From Candidatus Bilamarchaeaceae archaeon (GTDB taxonomy: Archaea; Micrarchaeota; Micrarchaeia; Anstonellales; Bilamarchaeaceae), in NCBI GenBank assembly GCA_038851325.1, contig JAWCKZ010000003.1:930-64929 (forward strand): 64,000 bases of DNA, in the 5' to 3' direction. Made by a program: the position numbers and the translations under genes. The notes below the pieces were generated by a model that worked only from the letters and a program-made list of their open reading frames with translations, was not told the origin of the DNA and made no database searches. Each line of letters starts with the position of its first letter. Positions within the stretch are counted from its first letter, which is position 1. Positions 10,175 to 19,140 of the stretch are shown one piece after another.

Positions 10175-11278
10175 TCACTGCGCCCCAATCAAACTCAGAA
10201 CAGAAGCGATACGCGCCCTAAAATCCTCTGCCTTTTTGTAATAATCTTTGTAGCCCACCCATTCATTATCGTAATGAAAATCATATATATCGTCATCTGT
10301 TATAACAAGCCAGATATCCTCTCCGTAGTCACACTCTGTATCTGAACATATAGAAGGCGCGCCTGGTTCGCCTATTGTAAAATAATACTGCCCACTCTGT
10401 GGCTCAATTGCAGGTGCGCCTTTTAAATTTTGGATGTCGCTGCCATCTCTAATGGTAACATTGCTGAGAGCAACGACACAATGTGAGTTGTAGCATATTA
10501 TGTAAACATTCTGCTCCGATGTACCAAGAAGCGCCTTCTCCGCGTCTTTGTAAAACCAATTGTTATATATCTTGTAATTGCCAGAGCCAGGCACAGCCGC
10601 AACTACCTCTTGACTTGCTTCTCGTGCTTTTAGATAATTGTAAGCTGCCTTAAAGAAAAGCGCCCAATCCTCGCAATCCCCTCCTTTGTTTTCAGCAAAC
10701 TCGTTAATGGAAAGAAGGGTATCTTTAACCTCTGTCTTATAGAGCCAGTCCTCCTCAATCTTCATGATAACTGGAATGCACGGTAGATTTATTTCCTTGC
10801 CAGATGAGCACCGGTCTATAAGATATTGAATTCTCGGTGAGAGAATGCCTATGTCAGAATTTTCCTTGAACCACCCCATAGACTCATTTATTCGCTGTTG
10901 AAACACACTGAGCTCAACACTTAGGTTCTCCATCTCCTCTCTTGCCTTTCTAAGTTCGGTCGCCAATAGAGCGCTCTTCTCAGTGCAGTTCTCATAGAGT
11001 TCACGTTCTAGAGTAAGTTCGTCTGTGCAGCGCCCCAGTGAATTGTTTGTCTCGTTGAGTGTAATATAGAGTTCGTTAAGTTCGTTTCTCAAGGAAGCAG
11101 TCGTGGCCTTCTCTTCACCAAGCTTCTGCTCGGTTTCGATTAAACTTGTACTGAGGGCAGCGTTTTCTTCCTCAAGAGCGGCTGCGCGCTCGCGCCACCT
11201 TTCGCTTTCAAAATAGAAGTAGACACAGCATAAAAGGAGCAGCACAGAGAAGAATATGATAATACCTATTCGGTTCAT
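10175..11278 (-). CDS. Membrane-anchored coiled-coil protein with transglutaminase-like cysteine protease domain
   Basis: N-terminal TM helix, heptad stalk, GDCEDWA ... HCVVA ... IEPQ. Confidence 0.65.
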   Translation of the reverse strand: MNRIGIIIFFSVLLLLCCVYFYFESERWRERAAALEEENAALSTSLIETEQKLGEEKATTASLRNELNELYITLNETNNSLGRCTDELTLERELYENCTEKSALLATELRKAREEMENLSVELSVFQQRINESMGWFKENSDIGILSPRIQYLIDRCSSGKEINLPCIPVIMKIEEDWLYKTEVKDTLLSINEFAENKGGDCEDWALFFKAAYNYLKAREASQEVVAAVPGSGNYKIYNNWFYKDAEKALLGTSEQNVYIICYNSHCVVALSNVTIRDGSDIQNLKGAPAIEPQSGQYYFTIGEPGAPSICSDTECDYGEDIWLVITDDDIYDFHYDNEWVGYKDYYKKAEDFRARIASVLSLIGAQ

Positions 11279-11326
11279 GCAAGTTCATAGCAAGAAAAAA
11301 ATTAAAAGCGATGGATAATCGAAAGT

Positions 11327-11482
11327 GTTAGCAGCAGCGCGCTTTCCCGTGCAGAGCACAGTACTCGCAACGCCGTGAAGGAGCTTAATTCGGCCGCATT
11401 CCGTCGCCGCACATCGGCGCCGTCGCGCGTCTTCCGTGTTCGGAATGGGAACGGGTGTTTCCTCCTTCCTATGACCGCTAAC
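11327..11482 (-). rRNA. rrf: 5S rRNA with 42-nt insertion (11389-11430)
   Basis: GTTAGCGG/CTGCTAAC terminal stem, CATAGG, GAAACACCCGTTCCCATTCCGAACACGGAAG...TTAAG, loop E AGTAC/GAAA; 114 nt without the insert. Confidence 0.93.
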
Positions 11483-11504
11483 GTTATACTATATGACGAC
11501 ACCG

Positions 11505-11520
11505 TTTTTAAATCTTTTTC
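11505..11520 (-). promoter_or_regulatory. BRE/TATA promoter of the 5S rRNA gene
   Basis: Minus strand GAAAAAGATTTAAAAA about 25 nt upstream of the 5S 5' end. Confidence 0.6.
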
Positions 11521-11563
11521 GGCACACTTTTTGTGTGGAAGAATGGGTTGTGAGATAAACGTT

Positions 11564-12967
11564 ATGGAGGAAAAAATAGCAAACAAACACGCTCTCGTTA
11601 TCGGAGACGTAATGATTGACGAGTATCACTATTGTAGAACTGAGAGAAAAACACCTGAAGGACCTTTTCTTGTTTGGGACCTTGAGCGGCTTGAGAGAAG
11701 GCTCGGTGGAGCCGGAAATATAGCACACAACATAAGAACACTTGGTGCCAGGGTAACACTTGCTGGTGTCGCGCTTAATGACGAGATTGAACGCCTCGCG
11801 GCTGAGAATGGAATAGAATGCTTTTTCGCAAGAGACGGGAGAGAGACCACCATCAAAAGACGCTTCTTCGATATTGAAACAAAAGCTCTGCTCGCCAGAG
11901 AGGATATCGAAAGCAGGAAACCACTGCCAAAAGATGCTGCCGAATTCCTTGCGCGCCAACTAAAGAAAAACGATTATGATGTTATCGTGTTCTCAGATTA
12001 TGCCAAGGGTGTTTTTAACAGAGAGACCGTCGATGTGCTCACTAACATAAAAGGCAGGGTGCGAATTGCTGACACAAAACCACAAAATGCGGAGCTTTTT
12101 AAAGGAAAAGTCAATGTAATAAAGATGAATTTTAGAGAATTCAAACAGTTTATGGAAAGATATGGTGCGGTTATTACCAATACAGATACCGATATTATTA
12201 CTGCTGGGAGACTGGCAAGAGAGAGCTTAAAGACGGATCTTCTTATAACCCGCTCTGAACAGGGAATGACCTACATTGGCAGGGAGATCCACCATATGAA
12301 GGCAGAGGCAAAGGAGGTTGTAGACATAATCGGCGCTGGTGACATCGTTAGTGCGGTATTCGCTGCTGCGCTCGCATCAGGTTTAAGCCTTCCAAATGCG
12401 CTGCACGTAGCAAATGTAGCTGCCTCGATAAAGGTAACAAAACATGGCAGCAGCCTTGTTAATTTTGATGAAATAAAGAGCGCGATCTTGCGAGAAGAAG
12501 GAAAGATAGTAAAGGACAACGTTCTCAAAGAGATAGTAGCACGAAATCGAGCCGCAGGAAAAAAGATAGTATTTACGAATGGTTGTTTTGATGTTCTCCA
12601 TCACGGGCACATACATCTGTTGAAAAGAGCAAAAGAATTTGGAGATGTCTTGATTGTTGGGTTAAACAGCGACGATTCTGTAAGAAGAATCAAAGGGACA
12701 ACAAGGCCAAGAATACCAGAACATGGTAGGGCGGAAGTGCTGGCGGCCCTTCCTTTCATTGATTATATCGTCATATTTAACACAGACACGCCAGAGTATT
12801 TAATAGAGATTATAAAACCGGATGTGTATGTGAAGGGAAAGGATTATAAAATAGAGAAATTGCCAGAGGCAGCTGTGGTTGCACGATATGGAGGGCGGGT
12901 GGAGCTGATAGAACTGGTGACTGACGGCACAAAAAAGATTTCCTCGAGTGAGATAATACGTAAATAA
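11564..12967 (+). CDS. hldE: Bifunctional heptose-7-phosphate kinase / heptose-1-phosphate adenylyltransferase
   Basis: IGDVMIDEY, GGAGNIA, SDYAKG, DIIGAGD; FTNGCFDVLHHGH, GLNSDDSV, KGKDY. The ORF-track N-terminal extension overlaps the 5S gene. Confidence 0.92.
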   Translation: MEEKIANKHALVIGDVMIDEYHYCRTERKTPEGPFLVWDLERLERRLGGAGNIAHNIRTLGARVTLAGVALNDEIERLAAENGIECFFARDGRETTIKRRFFDIETKALLAREDIESRKPLPKDAAEFLARQLKKNDYDVIVFSDYAKGVFNRETVDVLTNIKGRVRIADTKPQNAELFKGKVNVIKMNFREFKQFMERYGAVITNTDTDIITAGRLARESLKTDLLITRSEQGMTYIGREIHHMKAEAKEVVDIIGAGDIVSAVFAAALASGLSLPNALHVANVAASIKVTKHGSSLVNFDEIKSAILREEGKIVKDNVLKEIVARNRAAGKKIVFTNGCFDVLHHGHIHLLKRAKEFGDVLIVGLNSDDSVRRIKGTTRPRIPEHGRAEVLAALPFIDYIVIFNTDTPEYLIEIIKPDVYVKGKDYKIEKLPEAAVVARYGGRVELIELVTDGTKKISSSEIIRK

Positions 12968-12969
12968 CC

Positions 12970-13215
12970 CGTATAGCAACAGCCAAGCTTGCCTTTCTGT
13001 CGCTGTTGCAGATAAAACCACAACCACATTTACACAGAGCATACTTACCCTTCTGATGCCCTTCATTCAGTGCACTGCGCACAGGACACCATCTTGAGGT
13101 GCAGTAAGCACCTATCTCCTGCAAAGAAATGCTGAGCATTTTAGCATTTGATCCAAGGAATTGCTTCTGGATAGCAATTTTGGCGTTGTATTTCTTTGAA
13201 GTAAACGCATGGGTT
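12970..13215 (-). pseudogene. tnpB: Degenerate IS200/IS605 TnpB-like C-terminal remnant
   Basis: One frame reads SKKYNAKIAIQ-KQFLGSNAKMLSISLQEIGAYCTSRWCP...CKCGCGFICNSDRKASLAVA (RuvC-II-like strand, zinc ribbon, RuvC-III D); upstream stop and apparent internal deletion. Confidence 0.6.
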
Positions 13216-13330
13216 TAAGACCAAAACCTTTCTCATTTAAGATGCCCAACATTTATATTTAAGAAGCGTTATAATGGTTTGTCGCAATTCCTTCACCAAC
13301 AAGTTGATAGAACTCCTTGCGGCGGATATT

Positions 13331-14014
13331 ATGAAAGGTGAGTTTGCATTTCTCTTTGATTTTGACGGTGTTATTGCAGATTCCGAGCCACTTCATCTGG
13401 AGACATTCAGGGAAATCCTTGAGCCGCTTGGCATTAGGATAAGCAGGGAAAGATGGAATCGTGAATTCGTTGGCGTAGGCAGCCCTCAGATTATGAAGAT
13501 TCTTTTGGGTGAAATCGGGATAACTGATGAGAAGAAGATCGCATCTTATGTTGTTGAGCGCAGAGAGCTTTTCCAGAAAAGGATAACCGAGGGAAGATTA
13601 CAGGAAAAGAAGGGGATAGGAAAATTCCTCAAAGAAACGAAAAAACTGGGTATAAAAACAGCAGTTGTTTCAGGAGGCCATCGGAAAAACGTTGTGCTGG
13701 CACTCAAGGTTCTTGGACTGAATAAATATTTTGATGTAATCATTGGCAGGGAGGATTACGAAAACAAGAAGCCGCATCCGCAGTGCTATCTTGTAGGTGC
13801 AAAGAGGCTGGGCATGAAAATAAAGAATTGTATAGCATTCGAGGATTCGGTCTCTGGTTGCCTCTCAGCGCAGGCTGCAGGCATAAAGGTTGTCGCAGTA
13901 GAAGCGCCAGAGGGCGTGGAAGTCCATGGTTGCAAGCCTGCCATGAAAATAAAGGATTTTGAGATGGTACATCCGAAGGACATCATCAGGTTGTTATCCT
14001 CTCGATCTCTTTAG
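13331..14014 (+). CDS. HAD-superfamily hydrolase (beta-phosphoglucomutase-like)
   Basis: FDFDGVIADSE, KPHP, FEDS. Confidence 0.88.
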   Translation: MKGEFAFLFDFDGVIADSEPLHLETFREILEPLGIRISRERWNREFVGVGSPQIMKILLGEIGITDEKKIASYVVERRELFQKRITEGRLQEKKGIGKFLKETKKLGIKTAVVSGGHRKNVVLALKVLGLNKYFDVIIGREDYENKKPHPQCYLVGAKRLGMKIKNCIAFEDSVSGCLSAQAAGIKVVAVEAPEGVEVHGCKPAMKIKDFEMVHPKDIIRLLSSRSL

Positions 14015-15071
14015 CCTTCTCGGCCTCTTTTATCTCAATCGCTATTCGTCTACCGAAGCCGATGCTCTTTCTGAAAAGATATTCCGAATACGGTGTGAAA
14101 CGTGTACCGGGAGAGCCCGGCATCCGGAAGCTCACGTCGAAAACAACTATCCGTTCTTTTCCCTCTTTTTCCTCAAGCGCAGACTGAAGGGCAAATGGAC
14201 CGATAATACCGTTCTTGTAATGCTTCTTCACGGCAGCAACGAATTTCTCCCCTGCATCAAAGACCTTTTCAAGAAGGGATTCGCGCAGGGTGCATGCGAT
14301 ATGGCCGACTTCCACTGTCGTCAGCCTTTCATGCTTGAGCACTTCCATCTGCTGCTGCGCAGGAAGTCTGAGTACACCGTCAAGATTCGTCTGCCTTCTC
14401 ATGTCGATACCGAGCAGCTCGAGCTCGCCTTTGAGCGGAGAGTAAAAGAAGTTGAAGTTGAACTGCGCACCAAGAACAAATTCCTCTATCCTCGCCTTTT
14501 TCAATCCCTCTTCGTTGATGACGCCGCGCTTCAGGAGGGATTCGCTTTTTTCGATATATTCGTCGTGCGATGCTGCAAAAAAGAATGCACGCTCATAGCT
14601 GCGGCCAGCCTCGTTCACCTTCACGAGCACCGGAAATTCTATCTCTTCTGGCTTAACCGTTCTTGGGGAGTCGATTCCTGCCTCCTTGAGGAGGAAGTAC
14701 TGATTCTTCGGTGCGTCGCGCTCTTCTGCACGTAGAAGGTATTTATTGCCAAAAACAGGAACATTGAAATCCTTCTCTATTGAATCATAGCCTACATAAA
14801 CTGCAAAGGAACGATTCGGGACAAAGATTGCTTTCTGGTCCGTCAGTAGTTTCTGGTTTTTCTGCTCTACAATCTCCTTGAATTTATCGACGAGGAGAAT
14901 TTCATCAACTATACCTACCTCATCTTTCCCGCGTTTTCTCGTCTTATAATATTTCGCGTATGTCTTTTCCCTTCCCCTCTGGCAGACAACGAGGGTTCTG
15001 AACCCCTCTGCCTTTGCACCGTCGCAGACGTCAAGGGCCGAGTGGCTTCCCAAAGTCGATATTATTGTCAT
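13986..15071 (-). CDS. purP: Formate-dependent FAICAR synthetase (PurP family, ATP-grasp)
   Basis: TLGSHSALD, VPNRSF, GHIACTLRESLL, GIIGPFALQ, GRRIAIEIK. Confidence 0.88.
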   Translation of the reverse strand: MTIISTLGSHSALDVCDGAKAEGFRTLVVCQRGREKTYAKYYKTRKRGKDEVGIVDEILLVDKFKEIVEQKNQKLLTDQKAIFVPNRSFAVYVGYDSIEKDFNVPVFGNKYLLRAEERDAPKNQYFLLKEAGIDSPRTVKPEEIEFPVLVKVNEAGRSYERAFFFAASHDEYIEKSESLLKRGVINEEGLKKARIEEFVLGAQFNFNFFYSPLKGELELLGIDMRRQTNLDGVLRLPAQQQMEVLKHERLTTVEVGHIACTLRESLLEKVFDAGEKFVAAVKKHYKNGIIGPFALQSALEEKEGKERIVVFDVSFRMPGSPGTRFTPYSEYLFRKSIGFGRRIAIEIKEAEKAKEIERITT

Positions 15072-15109
15072 AGCGAAGAATTAACAGAAAAGAGTTTTAT
15101 CCCTTTTGA

Positions 15110-15562
15110 TTATATGAACCTTGCCAGCAGTTTTTTTGTTGCGGTCTCATGCATCCTAAGGAGAACTTCGGCATGCTTTTCAACATCTTTCAAGTTTTCC
15201 AATGCCATCGAGAAAAAAAGTTTCATCTGCAAAACTTCTTCTGTGTCAGGTAACTCTGCAGTGTTCAGAAACTCGTAACCTTCCGCGTACCTTTTGAGCC
15301 TATAGTATACGCAAGCTAGGAGTAGAGCGCATGGAGTGATATCTTCTCCTCTAGACATGCTAAAGGCTGCTCTTCCCTCGCGTAGCGCGACATCATACTT
15401 TTGGTCCCAGAATGCAGACTTTGCCAGAAGAAAATGCGCTACCATTTCGTTTGGAAATCTCTTGACAAAGTTTTCTGAAAGTTCGAGCGCAGCGGTGTAG
15501 TTTTTATTGTTTAAATAGAGAATGATCTGTTTCACGAATGATTCTTTTTTCGTAAATTCCAT
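15110..15562 (-). CDS. TPR-like hypothetical protein
   Basis: YTAALE..FP..AHFLLA; LLACVYYRLKRYAEG helical repeats. Confidence 0.6.
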   Translation of the reverse strand: MEFTKKESFVKQIILYLNNKNYTAALELSENFVKRFPNEMVAHFLLAKSAFWDQKYDVALREGRAAFSMSRGEDITPCALLLACVYYRLKRYAEGYEFLNTAELPDTEEVLQMKLFFSMALENLKDVEKHAEVLLRMHETATKKLLARFI

Positions 15563-15612
15563 GAAAAGAACTCCGAGAAAAGAAATTTAAGCATGCGTTC
15601 AGAAGTGGTTTT

Positions 15613-16425
15613 ATGGCGCGGCTCGAAGAAAGAGGGAAACCGGCTATTGAAAAGGAAAAAATCGAGGAAGCCAAGGCAGTTTTGAATAAACTTGTTGAGC
15701 ATTACGCTCAACAGGGTATCGAATTTTCGCTCACAAAAAAGGAGATTGAAAGCATAGCGGAGCAGGTAGCTGGGAAGAGCAATATAAGTGGTGCGGTACG
15801 ATGGCAATTGTTGAAAACGCTTGCTAGAAAAGACGCTGGGCTTGCAACCGAACTTTATGGAAGAATGTACAGCAGAACATATGGAGGGATAACCAAGAGT
15901 CAGTTAGATGAGGCGATTGAGCTTGCGAATCGACGTGGTGGTCTCGAAGGATTCCTAGATGCTAAGAGGTATATCAGAAGCTTGCCTAAGACCAAGGAAG
16001 AACTGTTGACTACCTCTGAAGATCTGCAAAAAACAAAAACCGTTCTAGACATGTTGAAGAAACTGAGAGAGATGAACAGAGAATTACTTAATGTTGCGAA
16101 CAAGCTTTATCATCATGACTATAAAATTGAAGAAGAGAAGGAAGCAAGAAACAAAATGAGAAAATTGGAGAAGGAACGAAACGACTTGCTGGAAAAACTT
16201 GGCCTAAGCCTGGAAAGATACCTTACAAAGGAGTACACGTGGTTATACGGGAAAGGATGGTGTATAATAGACAGCCCCCTCGCCGATGAGCTAAAGGAAG
16301 GAACATGCTCAAACCCTTACTCAGTCGCTGGTAATGCGAAGTATGTTGATGTGCGAGTAAATGCGATGATCGAAAAACTCGAAAAAAAGATGGCAGAGCT
16401 CAAAGGACAACAACTTGTAGTTTGA
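15613..16425 (+). CDS. Hypothetical helical/coiled-coil protein
   Basis: 270-aa ORF with TTTAA promoter-like element upstream; no recognised motif. Confidence 0.65.
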   Translation: MARLEERGKPAIEKEKIEEAKAVLNKLVEHYAQQGIEFSLTKKEIESIAEQVAGKSNISGAVRWQLLKTLARKDAGLATELYGRMYSRTYGGITKSQLDEAIELANRRGGLEGFLDAKRYIRSLPKTKEELLTTSEDLQKTKTVLDMLKKLREMNRELLNVANKLYHHDYKIEEEKEARNKMRKLEKERNDLLEKLGLSLERYLTKEYTWLYGKGWCIIDSPLADELKEGTCSNPYSVAGNAKYVDVRVNAMIEKLEKKMAELKGQQLVV

Positions 16426-16505
16426 AAACACTGTAAGCAGGTAACAGTCTAAGAATTCACCGATGTAGAATTTTCAATCAACGAGATAAAAATGCGCCAA
16501 ATTAT

Positions 16506-17834
16506 TTAAATTGCCTCGAGCAGAGCATCGATTATGGGCTGTTCGTAATCTTTGTTTACATGAATGGCTGCGGCGAGCGCATGCCCGCCACCGCTTTTTA
16601 TTAAACCAGGGAATTGCGGTATGATGCGCGATATCAAGGATGAGAAATCGAGCTTCTCTTTGCATTCCTTGTTAGCACGGAGAATGATTGTGCCGTCCCC
16701 CCAACCGATTATAATCGTTGGTTTTTCGCTTTTTACTCTCTCCAGCACAGCGCTCGTTATCTTGCTTTTATTTGGAAATTCTCCTTTTCTGGTAAGGCCG
16801 GCAAGCGGAACGAGATATATCTGAAACCCTGCCTTATCTTTCTGTTTTATTTTAGCAAGCGCCTTTTCAGCCGCATTGTCGATTGCCTCTTTTGCCTGAA
16901 GATGAATAGAAAGAAAAAGATCGTTCTTTCTAAGCACATTTCTATAAAACATTAAATTATTGCCGTAGACAGTGTGGGTGGCAAGATAATCAAGCACAAG
17001 AGCTGCTGCCCGGTCTTCTTCACTTGGTTCGCAAACATGGCTTTTGTCCCCCGCACACGCGATTCGCGCGTATCGTGCGCTATCAATGCCTAAAAGATGA
17101 ACAAGTTCTGCTGCAAGATAGCCAGCAGTATAGCTTGATGGCGAGCTTGCATTTGTAAGCCATGGTGAGAGCGTAAAATTCGGAATTGAGTGTATCTCTC
17201 TCTCGAGTGGATGATGGTCTATCAAGATTACTTCAGCACCAGAAGCGCGAAGGAGCTCCAATTGTCTTGCACTTCTCTCATTGGAACCAAAGTCAAGGAG
17301 TACCACAAGAGGTCTGCGCTCATTGTAAAGAAGACTAATGTCGGTCACAACATCATGCTGAGCATAGACCGCACTATTCTGCTGGAGAGGCTTCAGATAC
17401 ATGTAGTCGTTTAGTGCAAGCGCACCTGCGATCCCATCTGCATCCCCATGAAAACGAAGGAGAGTAAACCGGTTCAACTCCTTTGCGCTTGCAAGTCTTT
17501 TTGCGATTGCTAAGAAGGTGCTCCTCAGTTCTTGCGTCACTTGATTGGCTGCTATAAAGCTACCGGGCTGCACACCTTCTTCTACTTCCTTCACAATTTT
17601 CTCATAAAGCCCGGTACGCTCGCCCACCTCTCTCGCAGCAATTTGAAGAGGCAAAAGCCCTGAGAGCTGCCCTTTGACCTCAACTTCCTGCCCTTTCTCC
17701 AAGTTTTCAGAAGATGAAAAAATAACCTTTTGCTTTCCCGTATGAAGGACGTATTCTACCACGCTCCGAAGAGGTCGTGCTGATATCACAATACCAGAGA
17801 AAGAGAGTGTCTCTCCTATGGAATAGCCTTTCAT
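16506..17834 (-). CDS. RecJ-like DHH/DHHA1 phosphoesterase with N-terminal OB fold
   Basis: RFHGDADG, LLDFGS, IDHH, GGGHALAA. Confidence 0.8.
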   Translation of the reverse strand: MKGYSIGETLSFSGIVISARPLRSVVEYVLHTGKQKVIFSSSENLEKGQEVEVKGQLSGLLPLQIAAREVGERTGLYEKIVKEVEEGVQPGSFIAANQVTQELRSTFLAIAKRLASAKELNRFTLLRFHGDADGIAGALALNDYMYLKPLQQNSAVYAQHDVVTDISLLYNERRPLVVLLDFGSNERSARQLELLRASGAEVILIDHHPLEREIHSIPNFTLSPWLTNASSPSSYTAGYLAAELVHLLGIDSARYARIACAGDKSHVCEPSEEDRAAALVLDYLATHTVYGNNLMFYRNVLRKNDLFLSIHLQAKEAIDNAAEKALAKIKQKDKAGFQIYLVPLAGLTRKGEFPNKSKITSAVLERVKSEKPTIIIGWGDGTIILRANKECKEKLDFSSLISRIIPQFPGLIKSGGGHALAAAIHVNKDYEQPIIDALLEAI

Positions 17835-18475
17835 GTTTGTACAGGTCCTCCATTAAATCTTAGCACCACTCTATCGCCATCCTTCTTGTGTAGCGCCTTT
17901 CTAAGATTTTTTGAAGCCACAACCTCAACCACATCATCACTGTGGTGCGTGCGCTCTGGGAATATCAGAGCTGCTTTCATCACCCCTACCTTGCACGGAA
18001 GGACGCCCACGGCGCCATATCTCCTATGGTCGCGTATAAATGGGTTGACGGAGACCGCTTGAGAGCGAAGCGCGCTCTTCTTCCAAAGATCTTCTTTTCT
18101 AATGCGAAGATTAAGCGTTCCAGGAAAAGGAGATATCCCTGCGATCTCTTTTATTCCAATTTTGTATTCCGGAAGCGAAAGGTAGTACCTACCCTCTCCC
18201 AACCCTTTGGTTATCACGCCCGCGAGTTCCTCTACCCCTCCTTCGAAGGCTGCTTTCAGGATTGCATAATTTGTCTGAAGTTCGCTAACACCTTTTTTTG
18301 TAAGTATGATACCTGCTGGCGTCCTGACGACCGCGCCTTTTTCCTGAAGAACAGAAAGACGGCGAGATGCATTCTGCTGAGTCATTCCCAGTGCCTTGCC
18401 AAGTTCTGTTGTAGAAACCAGCACAGCATGCTTTAGCCCGCCCGCTCTAGCAAGGTATATAAGAACATCATCCAT
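17831..18475 (-). CDS. ribK: CTP-dependent riboflavin kinase with N-terminal wHTH
   Basis: STTELG..TQQNASRRL; GLGEGRYY, PFPGTLN, PERTHH. Confidence 0.9.
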   Translation of the reverse strand: MDDVLIYLARAGGLKHAVLVSTTELGKALGMTQQNASRRLSVLQEKGAVVRTPAGIILTKKGVSELQTNYAILKAAFEGGVEELAGVITKGLGEGRYYLSLPEYKIGIKEIAGISPFPGTLNLRIRKEDLWKKSALRSQAVSVNPFIRDHRRYGAVGVLPCKVGVMKAALIFPERTHHSDDVVEVVASKNLRKALHKKDGDRVVLRFNGGPVQT

Positions 18476-18510
18476 AATACAAATAATTTTGTAGGAAAGA
18501 ATAAAAAGGC

Positions 18511-19122
18511 ATGGGTATGTTTGAAAAAATTAAGATCGAAACAGCAAAGGATGTTTACGAACCTGCGGAGGACAGTTGCCTTCTTGCAAAGCATGCCATC
18601 AAATGCAGGGGAAGAATTCTTGAGATTGGTTGCGGCACCGGGATGGTCTCGCTCTATTGCGCTGCTGCGCACAATCAAAATGATGTCGAAGGGGTCGATA
18701 TAAATGAGAAAGCAGTAGCGCTGGCAAGGAAAAACGCGAAGGCGAATGGTATAAAGAACGCAAGATTTTATGTAAGCGATTTATTTTCAAAAACGAAAGG
18801 GAAATATGATTGGATACTCTTTAATGCGCCCTATCTTCCCACTGAGGAATATGAGAAACTAAAAGGAAAAATAAATTTTGCATTCGACGGGGGGCGAACT
18901 GGCCGCGATGTTATCGAGAAGTTTGTATCTTTAGCCCCTGCACATCTGAAGGCAGGCGGCGGCGTACTATTAATTGCGAGCAGTCTGAGCGGAATTAGTG
19001 AGATATGTAAAAAGTTTGCTGAGAACGGTTTTAACGCTGAGATAATCGATGAAGAGTCTTTTTTCTTTGAAAAACTATGTGTTATAAAAGCATGCTTGTT
19101 TAACATTTCTCAGAGTAAATAA
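18511..19122 (+). CDS. HemK2/Mtq2-like N5-glutamine methyltransferase
   Basis: VYEPAEDS, LEIGCGTG, FNAPYLP, DGGRTGR. Confidence 0.88.
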   Translation: MGMFEKIKIETAKDVYEPAEDSCLLAKHAIKCRGRILEIGCGTGMVSLYCAAAHNQNDVEGVDINEKAVALARKNAKANGIKNARFYVSDLFSKTKGKYDWILFNAPYLPTEEYEKLKGKINFAFDGGRTGRDVIEKFVSLAPAHLKAGGGVLLIASSLSGISEICKKFAENGFNAEIIDEESFFFEKLCVIKACLFNISQSK

Positions 19123-19140
19123 AATGCAAAAGGTATAGAT

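Noticed and set aside
11375-11563. 63-aa N-terminal extension of HldE and antisense ORF 11302-11586
   Set aside because: Both overlap the 5S rRNA gene; HldE similarity begins at ATG 11564
13959-14735. 258-aa ORF antisense to purP
   Set aside because: Shadow frame of a well-supported gene; no recognisable motif
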